Positions 15,035 to 23,524 of a stretch of DNA of 39,636 nucleotides are shown here, in pieces. The DNA is taken from the IMG/VR virus record IMGVR_UViG_3300037851_001094; one strand, written 5' to 3'. A program made the position numbers and the translations under genes. The notes beneath the pieces were generated by a model. That model was not told the DNA's origin and did not search any database. It was given only the letters and a program-made list of their open reading frames with translations. The stretch is from a virus. Numbering within the stretch: position 1 is the first letter of the stretch; the number at the start of each line of letters is the position of its first letter.

Positions 15035-16477
15035 TTAAGCTAAAACCCAGTTGCCCACTATACTTTCCGCACACCACCTAGTTCCTGCCGCGTAAAAAAC
15101 AAGAACGAGACAATCTCCAGTATTTGTGCCCGTGGCCGTACCACCGCCACTCGAAGTTAAACTTCCTACTTGGATAGTCTGGCCAACATTCGCTTGAACA
15201 ACTGTAGGGGAATTAATAGAGAAAATTCGGAATTGTTCACCTTGAGTTGGAGCTGCTGGGAGAGTGTAAGTATTGGGGCCGACATCGAAATATCCCGTGT
15301 CGACATTTAAGACCCCAGGCAAAGCAACATCAATCCATTCAACACTAGAGATGGTCATTGCCGCGCCAGCTCCGTTTGTCGTAACACCTGGGCCGCCTAG
15401 AATTTGAACTACCCCAGCTACAGGAGTAGCATTACCTGTGTCTCCATTAAGTTGGGTAATAGGCCCGCTTGTTGAACCAGAAATGCTGACAAAACCATCA
15501 GATACGCTAAAGTCGGTACTATTGAACGAAGCAGTTCCGCGGTTAGACCCCACTGCTGCTGCCGCTGATTCGCCATAAGGCTGCCAATTTAGTTTTTGTG
15601 AAGTAAGGGCAGCTCCAATACCTTGAGCAGTACCAGTTAAAGCAATATCCACAAAATCGACTTGACCGCCTGCACCATCTATCCAATTACCACTCGCAGC
15701 AGCAGAAGAAATTGTACAATGAGAAGCAACACATTGGCCACCACCAGCAGGGAAAAAAACAGCCTCATTTCCTGAAAAAATGTCAGTATGACTAAAAGTG
15801 GCGTTTCCATTCGCAACTACGCCGTTGAAAACATAAGAACTTGAAGATGCATTCCCATTTTCCACACTTAAACTTCCACTTCCAGCAGTTAGCAAGAAAA
15901 CATCTCCTGACGCAGAGTTGCACGAACCCAGGCTTAAAAGAGCGGCAGAAGATCCCGCGCCAATCGCTTCAAAACAATGAGAAGAGCTGCCAATATTGGT
16001 GTTGTCGGTAGAGAATTGACAGGCTGAAATAGCATCGGGATTGAAAACAATTGCTCTAGAAGCAGGATCAGTAGTCGCATCCAGCCCAGAAAACTTGCAA
16101 GCAAAGATGATCTGCGCACCCGCTGTTGCCGTCAAAGTGACAAGATCTCCAACAGTACATGTCAAGGAGATGTCGTTCATGATGCATACAGCAAATCCCC
16201 CAGCTTGCGTAAAGGTGTGATTCCCGCTGATTACTACATGTCCCAAGAAAGGAGGCAATCTCCCGTCTACCTGTTCGGCCCGCAGATTAACTCCAGAACG
16301 TAAAACGAGATTCTCGGTATAGGTTCCAGGCTTTATATAGACTTCGCCGCCGCCTGCCGCAAAACAATCATCAATTGCGCTTTGTACGGTAGAATAGTTG
16401 CAGCCGTCTCCTAAAACCGGTCCTACAAGGAAAGGCGATGAAAAGAATTTGTTATCGCTAGAGTTTCTTCCTGGCAT
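15035..16477 (-). CDS. tailspike-like protein: N-terminal beta-helix plus shared C-terminal fibre domain
   Basis: 480 aa. MPGRNSSDNKFFSSPFLVGPVLGDGCNYSTVQSAIDDCFAAGGGEVYIKPGTYTENL, hinge GTASFNSTDFSVSDGFVSISG, C-terminus GDCLVLVFYAAGTRWCAESIVGNWVLA. Confidence 0.75.
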   Translation of the reverse strand: MPGRNSSDNKFFSSPFLVGPVLGDGCNYSTVQSAIDDCFAAGGGEVYIKPGTYTENLVLRSGVNLRAEQVDGRLPPFLGHVVISGNHTFTQAGGFAVCIMNDISLTCTVGDLVTLTATAGAQIIFACKFSGLDATTDPASRAIVFNPDAISACQFSTDNTNIGSSSHCFEAIGAGSSAALLSLGSCNSASGDVFLLTAGSGSLSVENGNASSSSYVFNGVVANGNATFSHTDIFSGNEAVFFPAGGGQCVASHCTISSAAASGNWIDGAGGQVDFVDIALTGTAQGIGAALTSQKLNWQPYGESAAAAVGSNRGTASFNSTDFSVSDGFVSISGSTSGPITQLNGDTGNATPVAGVVQILGGPGVTTNGAGAAMTISSVEWIDVALPGVLNVDTGYFDVGPNTYTLPAAPTQGEQFRIFSINSPTVVQANVGQTIQVGSLTSSGGGTATGTNTGDCLVLVFYAAGTRWCAESIVGNWVLA

Positions 16478-16552
16478 TTTTACCTCTATTTTTCCATTCC
16501 AAATACTGTTGATAATTCAAAAATGGCCACCAAGGGTTCATAACATACCTCT

Positions 16553-17353
16553 TTAAGCTAAGATCCAGTTGCCAGCAGCTCCAGGAACACAGACCCAAAC
16601 TTGACCAACCGCTCTAAAGACAAGCCTTAAAGAATCGCCTATTTGAGTGCTGGTAGCAGTTCCGTTTACACTAGAACTTGTATTGCTAATGCGGATCAAA
16701 TCGCCGCCTTGGGCAGTAACAACCACACCCCCGCCGATGAAGTCAACGATTTCGACCATATCGCCATTAATCGCACCAGCAGGGAGCGTATAAGCGGCTG
16801 CGGCCGTTGCAAAATATCCTGTATGGTTAGCAAGCGCACCGCCAGCAGAATCGAGCCAGGAAGTAGTCCCGCTCAAAGCAGAGACGAAGCCATTACCATC
16901 AACAGTGAATTGAGCTGAGTTGAAAGAACAAAGACCCACGTTATTGGCTACACTTCCTGCCGCTGCAATAGCTCTTTGAACTTCAATTTGATAAGTATTG
17001 GCCGCCAAAGAATTGCTTCTTACTGGGATAGATTGAGCAGCAACGACAGCGCCATTGACTGTCATCAAACCAGCGCCTGTAGGAACCACAGGATTTGTTC
17101 CAGGAGCTGTAAAAGCTTGAACAGCGATGCTATCGACTCCGACTGAACCGCCAGCTAAATCAATAGTAATGTTTGGAGCCGAATATCCAATTGTGATAGT
17201 TCCTAAAGGAGAAGTAAGATTACCTACCCGAATATTAGGAGCTGCTGTAGACCCGATTAAGAGCTCACCGTTTGTTGTGACTTGCCCTGGGAATTTAGCC
17301 CCGTCAAAGCGTACGTTGTCAGCGTACATTACATCATTATCAAAACCTGCCAT
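16553..17353 (-). CDS. tail-fibre protein with shared C-terminal domain
   Basis: 266 aa. Hinge GLCSFNSAQFTVDGNGFVSALSG; C-terminus GDSLRLVFRAVGQVWVCVPGAAGNWILA. Confidence 0.7.
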   Translation of the reverse strand: MAGFDNDVMYADNVRFDGAKFPGQVTTNGELLIGSTAAPNIRVGNLTSPLGTITIGYSAPNITIDLAGGSVGVDSIAVQAFTAPGTNPVVPTGAGLMTVNGAVVAAQSIPVRSNSLAANTYQIEVQRAIAAAGSVANNVGLCSFNSAQFTVDGNGFVSALSGTTSWLDSAGGALANHTGYFATAAAAYTLPAGAINGDMVEIVDFIGGGVVVTAQGGDLIRISNTSSSVNGTATSTQIGDSLRLVFRAVGQVWVCVPGAAGNWILA

Positions 17354-17366
17354 ATTATATCTCCTA

Positions 17367-18347
17367 TTATGGGGCTGTTACGGAGCGCAAAACTGCGCGC
17401 CATTCAATAGTTAATCCAGCGACTCCAGTAACTTGAACAATTGCGTTATTGCCAGCGATGACCACCGTTGCATCTGCTGCAAGCATGGCCGCTTCTTCAT
17501 TAGAAGTGACATCTGGGGTGCCGGTCAAAAATCCAGCGACTCCTGTAGTTCTTGCCCCTGCAATAACAGAATAAGAAGCTCCTACTGGAGTTCCAGGACC
17601 TGCGCTTGCAAACCCAGCAACTAAAACGTCGAAAGCGACTGTTGCAGGGACTGCAGGCAAAGTGAAAGTGATTACGTTGCCTGTTACTGCTCCCACAGTT
17701 GTTACAGTTCCAGAAGTAGTACCGGATAACTGAACAAAGCCTGTTGTGACGGTGAATTGTGTTGAGTCATAACTAGAGACTCCTTTTTGAGCCGTTATGA
17801 TCGTTCCAGCCGTTGCATCAGCGGCTGTTACTGTGACGGTAGAGCCTGCTCCAGAAGTAGAAATCCCTTGAACCGCAGTACCAAGAACGTTTAAGTTTCC
17901 GGCAGCGGGAATTGCAATTCCTGCATCTGTAGTGTATTGAGAAGCAAGCAATGCGCCAGCAGTCAATTGGTCGCCAACAATAGTGATTGTTGTGCCATCA
18001 ACTTTGACGTTAATATTTACAATCCCAGGAGGGCCCGGGGTAATGTTTATTGCTCCGGCATTTGTAAGATTGATATTGCCTGCAAGTGGAGCAACACCGT
18101 TGAGTGTAGAAAGCGCGCCTGCGCCCCCACCAACTGGAATCCAGCTAGCAATGTTGTTTGATTTGGAAACCAAAACATACGCAGATCCGGCTGATTTGTC
18201 GATCCATCGATCGCCGACATTATACCCATGAAGGTCAGAGGTCGTTGGAGGTCTTCTTCTTACAAAGTTATTGCCGGGGGTAAAATCTGTAATCCCCAAG
18301 TAGGCCATGTTGTTTGTAAGAGCAGTTGGAGTTGATGTAATAGTCAT
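17367..18347 (-). CDS. tail-fibre protein with N-terminal anchor-like motif
   Basis: 326 aa. FVRRRPPTTSDLHGYNVGDRWID...WIPVGGG parallels the 22682 ORF; hinge GVSSYDSTQFTVTTGFVQLSG; first gene of the fibre operon. Confidence 0.7.
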   Translation of the reverse strand: MTITSTPTALTNNMAYLGITDFTPGNNFVRRRPPTTSDLHGYNVGDRWIDKSAGSAYVLVSKSNNIASWIPVGGGAGALSTLNGVAPLAGNINLTNAGAINITPGPPGIVNINVKVDGTTITIVGDQLTAGALLASQYTTDAGIAIPAAGNLNVLGTAVQGISTSGAGSTVTVTAADATAGTIITAQKGVSSYDSTQFTVTTGFVQLSGTTSGTVTTVGAVTGNVITFTLPAVPATVAFDVLVAGFASAGPGTPVGASYSVIAGARTTGVAGFLTGTPDVTSNEEAAMLAADATVVIAGNNAIVQVTGVAGLTIEWRAVLRSVTAP

Positions 18348-18625
18348 GAGATTCTTCCTTGTAAGCTTTCGTCAAATGGCAACCCAAAGCTCGAGAAAGC
18401 CTCTACAAGAAGAGCCGTTCTAAAGCCGAGGTAGCCCAATGGAGTGACTTTTGGCGCAGCCATTGTTTTTGCTCGGTTATGTATTCGCGTCACCGATACT
18501 GCCTGGTATTGGTAACTAAAATCTTTACTTACATTAAAATAATAATTATGTCAACGAAGTGGAAAAAAAAGATGGTTGTGCATTAATCGACGAGAATGTA
18601 TGTTAGGTCTTTTACAGGAGTATCT

Positions 18626-19324
18626 ATGAAAAAAGCAGTCCTTGGATTGACAGCCGTTACAGCACTCGCAACCGTTGGAATCAGAAGTGAAGAACCCTCA
18701 AAAATTCTAGACAAACATCACTTCAGCATTGGCCCTACGGTCATGAAGCCGAACATGAAATTTGAAGGAAAATATTCTTCCAGGTTTAATCCTTGGATGC
18801 GAAATCTTAACCAGGTTTTCTATGGTCTAAAATTTGGGTATGAGTACTTAAGCGAAGATGCTTTTTATTTCGGTGCTGATCTTCATTCAGGTATCCATCA
18901 GTGCGCGGGGCGCGGAGATTGGTCTTTGGGAAAGATGGACTTGCGCTTTGGCTATACCCTTCCGTTCTTTTCCATTTTCGATAAACACTGGGATGTATCC
19001 ATTTTTACGGGCTTTGGAGGCTATGCGTGGAAGGATGCCTTCGGAGACAGCTATGATACCCCCTTTTGGCACCTCGGTGCTAGAACCCGAATCATTACCG
19101 GTCAAAACATGGATCTTGGATTACACGTCAAATGGCTGGCTTTCCAAGACACACATGAAACCAATAGAGCTAAATTTTTTGGAGCCGAAGTCGGACTGCC
19201 CTTTACATTCAAACCTCTCCAAAGTGGGTGGGAGTTTTCTTTGGCTCCTCATTTCGTTCATATGTGTCGCACGAGTTCACAGAATGTTATGCATTATGAG
19301 CTCAAGGCAACAAGGCGGTTTTAG
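18626..19324 (+). CDS. outer-membrane beta-barrel protein with signal peptide (Lom/Ail/OmpX-like moron)
   Basis: MKKAVLGLTAVTALATVG signal peptide after an AGGAG RBS (ORF track starts at 18596). Alternating amphipathic strands (LRFGYTLPF, VSIFTGFGGYAW, DLGLHVKWLAF, FGAEVGLPFTF, WEFSLAPHFVH), C-terminal ...ATRRF. Antisense to flanking virion genes. Confidence 0.75.
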   Translation: MKKAVLGLTAVTALATVGIRSEEPSKILDKHHFSIGPTVMKPNMKFEGKYSSRFNPWMRNLNQVFYGLKFGYEYLSEDAFYFGADLHSGIHQCAGRGDWSLGKMDLRFGYTLPFFSIFDKHWDVSIFTGFGGYAWKDAFGDSYDTPFWHLGARTRIITGQNMDLGLHVKWLAFQDTHETNRAKFFGAEVGLPFTFKPLQSGWEFSLAPHFVHMCRTSSQNVMHYELKATRRF

Positions 19325-19383
19325 ATGTTAGGATTTATTGTTGGCGCTTTTCTTTTATTTTTATATTTCTACTTGAATCCGAC

Positions 19384-20937
19384 TTAATCTTCAAAGTCGG
19401 GCCATTCGATTTTTTCGTATTCGTCTGGAAATTTATCTTTTACGTATTTTTCCAGACTAGAATATGCATTTCGTGCTATTGCCGGATTATTTTCGTTGAT
19501 AGATCTAATGATATTTCGATGAATTGACTGCAATCTCGGATCTGTCAAAACTCGACTCGCAATATTCCTGAAAAGGGATTCTTTTATAATTCTTCCCGCA
19601 GGTTCAGTTAAATTCCCGCTAATAACTGAGCCTAAAACCTCACGAGCTTGATTAGCCCGAAGAAAAGATGAAAACAAATCAGGATTAACATGTTCTAAAT
19701 TATTTAAATATCTAATGTAAAGACGGTTTTGAGCATCGAAATTTCTTGCGAATTCTGGATCTAAATTTCTGAAAGTTCTCATTAATGGTTCTTTCATCTG
19801 ATTCAAAACCGTTCTTCCGGCACCAATTTGATTAATACTCCTCCATAGGCCAACCAGCTCTTGCGGACTGCTTCTACCTGCTCTTAAATTATTAATAGTT
19901 GTGTTTATGTAATCTACAAGTTGCTGTTCTCTTTGAGAAAGATTAGTGCTTACAAAATTTCTGTTTATAACATTTTGAAAAGCATTAGCTAAATTATCAA
20001 CTTCTTGTGTTGTGAGATTGCGCAAACCTCCAGCTTGTTGTCTTAAATTTCGAAAAACATTTCCTAATGCTTGTTCAGATTCTTGGTAAGCTGTACGAGT
20101 TCTTCTGGTTGCTTTGGCTAAAGGTCCAAAAGTTGAAACTTGACCTTCCGTTGCTAAAATAGGGGCTAATTGTTCATCGGTCAATCCCATTGCTTGACCA
20201 CGCTGATATAATTGTTCGGCTTCGCCTGGTTGGGGTATATATCTTCCTGTTCTTATGGCATTAATGAGGTCTAAAATAACAGGAACTGCAACACCTGCTC
20301 CAACTTCGGCACCGGGTCCTCCTCCAGCTTCTTTTGCCAGTCCCGCACCGGCGCCTCCTAATGCACCGGTTCTAACGCCGCCTCTAAAATAAGCCCCAGG
20401 ACCTGCAAATTCGCCGATCTTAGAAGCGAGTCTTTCAGGAGCATTTTCAGGTTCAATAGATGGCTCGATCCCAAGCTGGCGTTCAACATCCATTAAAGAT
20501 TTTTCAGTTTCTTCTCCTGTTGACAAGCCAGGAACAAAAGGTAAACCTGTTTTCTCTTTTATAAATTGTTCAGCTTTCCCGGCATATTCTTCAGGTTTTG
20601 CAAATAGATTGAGAAGTTTTTGAGTAAACTCTTGTTCTTCGGGAGTGATTTCGCGCCCTTCGCGCCGTGCTAAATCTTCGCCCATTTCTGTAAGTTTTTG
20701 GGAGCCATATTTTAACGTTTCGGCTAAAGATCTAGGGAAAGACAAAAAAGTTTTTACAGCCTTTCGTGTTCCAAATTCTACGGGACGTACAACTTTGGGT
20801 AACTTGCCTTTTTCTTTTGCCGCATATTCTTGAAGTTGAGTTTTCGTCGACTGTGGAGGTGCTTTTTGCTCAGATTTAGCGGCGGTAGGTTTAGATTTCT
20901 CTGCAGACTGCTTCAACAAATCAAGGGTCGTTGTCAT
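19384..20937 (-). CDS. internal virion / ejection-like protein
   Basis: 517 aa, helical, with a Gly-rich hydrophobic segment (GALGGAGAGLAKEAGGGPGAEVGAGVAVPVIL). Last of three overlapping genes between nozzle-like and fibre genes. Confidence 0.5.
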   Translation of the reverse strand: MTTTLDLLKQSAEKSKPTAAKSEQKAPPQSTKTQLQEYAAKEKGKLPKVVRPVEFGTRKAVKTFLSFPRSLAETLKYGSQKLTEMGEDLARREGREITPEEQEFTQKLLNLFAKPEEYAGKAEQFIKEKTGLPFVPGLSTGEETEKSLMDVERQLGIEPSIEPENAPERLASKIGEFAGPGAYFRGGVRTGALGGAGAGLAKEAGGGPGAEVGAGVAVPVILDLINAIRTGRYIPQPGEAEQLYQRGQAMGLTDEQLAPILATEGQVSTFGPLAKATRRTRTAYQESEQALGNVFRNLRQQAGGLRNLTTQEVDNLANAFQNVINRNFVSTNLSQREQQLVDYINTTINNLRAGRSSPQELVGLWRSINQIGAGRTVLNQMKEPLMRTFRNLDPEFARNFDAQNRLYIRYLNNLEHVNPDLFSSFLRANQAREVLGSVISGNLTEPAGRIIKESLFRNIASRVLTDPRLQSIHRNIIRSINENNPAIARNAYSSLEKYVKDKFPDEYEKIEWPDFED

Positions 20938-22046
20938 TCTACTACCTGAAAATTATCCCGTTTTAATTGTTCAAGCGCTTTTTCAGGATCTCCTTGATTC
21001 GCTTCTAAATATTTTCTCATGACTGTATCCGTGATCTGTTTGGGAGATTTTTCTTTTTTTAGCCAATCGTAATATCCGGTTTGTTTCAAAAATTTATCAT
21101 ATGTTGGACGAAGCCTTTGCTCGACCATGGAATTTAGATTTAAAGGATATTCTCCATATTTATTGAATATGTCATTTATGGCTTCATTCCTTTTTTGTTT
21201 TATTTGATTGACCCAATCTTCTAAAACTAATCCGCGGATAAGAGCTTCCTTATTATCTCCCGGCTGACCATAAACATCGGCAATGTAAAAGAACTCTGCT
21301 CCTGTAGGGCGTCCTCCGAAATCTTTAGACATTCTATTTACGGTAAGTTCTTTCATTCCTCTTTGAAAATCTTTAACATCTGCTCCTTTTAAGAAAGGAA
21401 ATTTCTCTCCGAACTCTTTTTGAATATATCCTGAAAGACCAGACACTTCGCCGCTTTTTACTCTACGATATAGATTTTTTAAGATGGGTCTAATTTTTTC
21501 TGCTCCCTCCCCTTCTTCACGAGCTTTTTCAATGTAAGCCTTGTGTTGCTCAAATCCAGATTGACGAGCTTGATTAACGGCCTGACTATGCGCTAAAATA
21601 TCATGAGCGGAAGTTGGAGGAGGCACCATCCTCGATGGCAAGATGGGATTGATAACTTTCTGTGCTGGGCGTGGGGCTTCGCCTGTCTCTGGAGCGCTTG
21701 GCGCTTCTCCAGAAATCAAATCTTCATTCTGGATAGGAGGCGCAAATTGATCTTGTGCTTCTGATTCGCCGCCTGCATTTTGTAAAGTCTGCATGTAGTT
21801 TTTCAACTGCTCTTGTCCCTGCAATAATTTTAGCGCTTCAAGCTGTTGATCAGGATTGAAATGCCCCAGCAACTGTGCATATTCTGGCTTACCCAAAGAT
21901 GATGCGATAGATTTGGCCGACGCCCTTTGTTGTTGTTTTTGGAGCAACTGTGAAAGGCCTTGCTGTGCAATAGGATTAACTCCTTGCAAAAACATCTCTA
22001 AACCACTTGGTTGGCCTTCTATAATTTCAACCATTTGATGCCTCAA
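20934..22046 (-). CDS. internal virion / ejection-like protein
   Basis: 370 aa, Q/E/K-rich helical; ATGA-type overlaps with both neighbours. Confidence 0.45.
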   Translation of the reverse strand: MRHQMVEIIEGQPSGLEMFLQGVNPIAQQGLSQLLQKQQQRASAKSIASSLGKPEYAQLLGHFNPDQQLEALKLLQGQEQLKNYMQTLQNAGGESEAQDQFAPPIQNEDLISGEAPSAPETGEAPRPAQKVINPILPSRMVPPPTSAHDILAHSQAVNQARQSGFEQHKAYIEKAREEGEGAEKIRPILKNLYRRVKSGEVSGLSGYIQKEFGEKFPFLKGADVKDFQRGMKELTVNRMSKDFGGRPTGAEFFYIADVYGQPGDNKEALIRGLVLEDWVNQIKQKRNEAINDIFNKYGEYPLNLNSMVEQRLRPTYDKFLKQTGYYDWLKKEKSPKQITDTVMRKYLEANQGDPEKALEQLKRDNFQVVE

Positions 22047-22674
22047 AAAGTTTTTTAATTAAAGATATAAATTCGGGATTATTTTGTAACGAAGAAGCAT
22101 CTTGCGTATTTTCCGAATTTAATAGCCTTTCTAGTCCATAGGGTAAAAGTTGAGCTCCAAACTGACCCAAAGAAGTTCCAAATAAGGCACCAGCGCCCGG
22201 AGTCGGCTTCGCATAAATCGATTCAAAAGATGGTTGCATCCCTAAAGTTCCGAATCCTAATAGGCTTTGAAGCGCATTTTGTTGAAGACCACCCCGCAGT
22301 GCGGCAAGATTTTGGCTAAGACCCGCTCCGGCTTGCCCTAATGCCTGCTGGAAGGCTGAACTTGATTGCGCTCCAGATCCCAAACCACTAAATCGCTCGG
22401 CAAGATAAGGAACCGTTTCTTGTTGAAACTGTCGCTTGAATGGCGCTTCAAATGCTTCAAAAGCTCCGGGCGCGTTGGACAAGATGCCCTGGAGGTTCGA
22501 TAGTCCAGCACTTGTGGCTGGTCCTAAACCACCAAGGATTTGATTTTGATATCCTTGTTGAGGTTTAGTAAATCGATCAATCCTAGTTGTCTTAGCAGGA
22601 TTAGGCTTGGATTTGGAGCTTATGATACTGCCGGCTAGTTGAGCGATTGCGGCAAGTGCTGTTGGTATTCCCAT
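22027..22674 (-). CDS. internal virion / ejection-like protein (G/Q/A/S-rich)
   Basis: 215 aa. Hydrophobic N-terminus (GIPTALAAIAQLAGSII) and low-complexity GLG/AGL repeats, as in podovirus core proteins. Confidence 0.45.
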   Translation of the reverse strand: MGIPTALAAIAQLAGSIISSKSKPNPAKTTRIDRFTKPQQGYQNQILGGLGPATSAGLSNLQGILSNAPGAFEAFEAPFKRQFQQETVPYLAERFSGLGSGAQSSSAFQQALGQAGAGLSQNLAALRGGLQQNALQSLLGFGTLGMQPSFESIYAKPTPGAGALFGTSLGQFGAQLLPYGLERLLNSENTQDASSLQNNPEFISLIKKLFEASNG

Positions 22675-22681
22675 ATTTTCC

Positions 22682-23446
22682 TTAAACGACGTTAAAATTT
22701 CCCTGGCTGCTTAATACATCCCATTCAGTATCGGCAGTGATACAAACTAACCTCACACAGCCTCTTTGAGTGAAAGTAGTGATATTTCCTCCAGGAGTAG
22801 TTGTTTGATTTCCAAAATAGATTGTTTGTCCCACATTAGGCATCAATTGCCATAAACCGGCCCCTTTCCCAGCCACTTCTTGGATGGTTCCGACAGGCGC
22901 CACAGCAGGCAAAGTTAATGGCACTAATCCTCCAGCATTGGCAATATAACCGGTATTTGGCGCCATAAGAGTTGGAATCGCCACTTCTATCCAAGTAAAC
23001 GAAGGTGGAATAACGCCAATGAAGGTTAGTTGGTTGCCAACTATTCCGATCGTGACGTTATCCACTTGAACCGCGGCGTCCATTTGGCCTAAACCGCCAT
23101 TCGAGAATTTAATAGCTCCTGTGGCGCCTCCCAGGAGGTCAATATTTAAACCTGAAGGATTCACGACTAACCCATCGTCTCCAGTCAAGGTGTTTAATAG
23201 ACCGGTACCAGCAGTAATAGGGAGCCAAATAGCAATATTGGCTTCTTTGCTATTGAGAATGAAAAATTCTGGGGTTAATTTGTTGTACCAAAGATCGCCT
23301 ACATCGTATTCTTTAAAATCGGTAATTTCTGGGTCTCGCTGTCGAACCACAATATTGGGAGGATTTGTCTCTTTTAGGCCTTGATAGCCCAGAGAGTTGG
23401 TATTCGGAATTGGCATAAGTAAGTACTCTTTTCTTACATCTACCAT
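22682..23446 (-). CDS. tail-fibre/adaptor protein with N-terminal anchor-like motif and shared C-terminal domain
   Basis: 254 aa. VVRQRDPEITDFKEYDVGDLWYN...WLPITAG, TLTGDDGLVVNPSGLNIDLLGG unit, C-terminus RGCVRLVCITADTEWDVLSSQGNFNVV. Alternative start at ATG 23416. Confidence 0.65.
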   Translation of the reverse strand: MVDVRKEYLLMPIPNTNSLGYQGLKETNPPNIVVRQRDPEITDFKEYDVGDLWYNKLTPEFFILNSKEANIAIWLPITAGTGLLNTLTGDDGLVVNPSGLNIDLLGGATGAIKFSNGGLGQMDAAVQVDNVTIGIVGNQLTFIGVIPPSFTWIEVAIPTLMAPNTGYIANAGGLVPLTLPAVAPVGTIQEVAGKGAGLWQLMPNVGQTIYFGNQTTTPGGNITTFTQRGCVRLVCITADTEWDVLSSQGNFNVV

Positions 23447-23524
23447 TTTGGCTGTTTAAAAAAAAGATTGTACTTTGGAAAAAATATGGATATTGGTTAA
23501 ATTTGATGACAAATGGAGTAAAAA

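Noticed and set aside
16478-16552. 27-aa minus-strand micro-ORF (MNPWWPFLNYQQYLEWKNRGKNARKKL) in the 75-nt gap between two fibre genes
   Set aside because: It is very short, has no convincing RBS and runs out of frame into the next gene's start; treated as chance.
10709-18231. Numerous 60-127-aa ORFs in other frames or strands inside the fibre genes (for example 10709-11017, 11387-11623, 11971-12354, 12158-12397, 14342-14527, 16643-16918, 17127-17414, 17937-18231)
   Set aside because: All are nested within long, motif-supported minus-strand fibre ORFs in a relatively GC-rich region where stop-free shadow frames are expected. Their translations are Arg/Cys/Ser-rich noise.
10529-18347. Diversity-generating retroelement or invertase-driven fibre switching to explain the repeated fibre modules
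   Set aside because: There is no reverse transcriptase, no template/variable repeat pair with high nucleotide identity, no invertase gene and no inverted crossover sites. Paralogs are diverged at nucleotide level.
18420-18520. Possible tRNA (ggtagcccaatgg resembles a D-arm)
   Set aside because: No T-loop (GGTTCGAAT-like) sequence, no acceptor-stem pairing and no cloverleaf could be drawn on either strand. No tRNA is called anywhere in the window.
18858-19331. 157-aa alternative-frame ORF within the OMP gene, and the antisense ORF 18887-19105
   Set aside because: The 18626-19324 frame has an RBS, a signal peptide, beta-strand periodicity and a terminal Phe; the alternatives have none of these.
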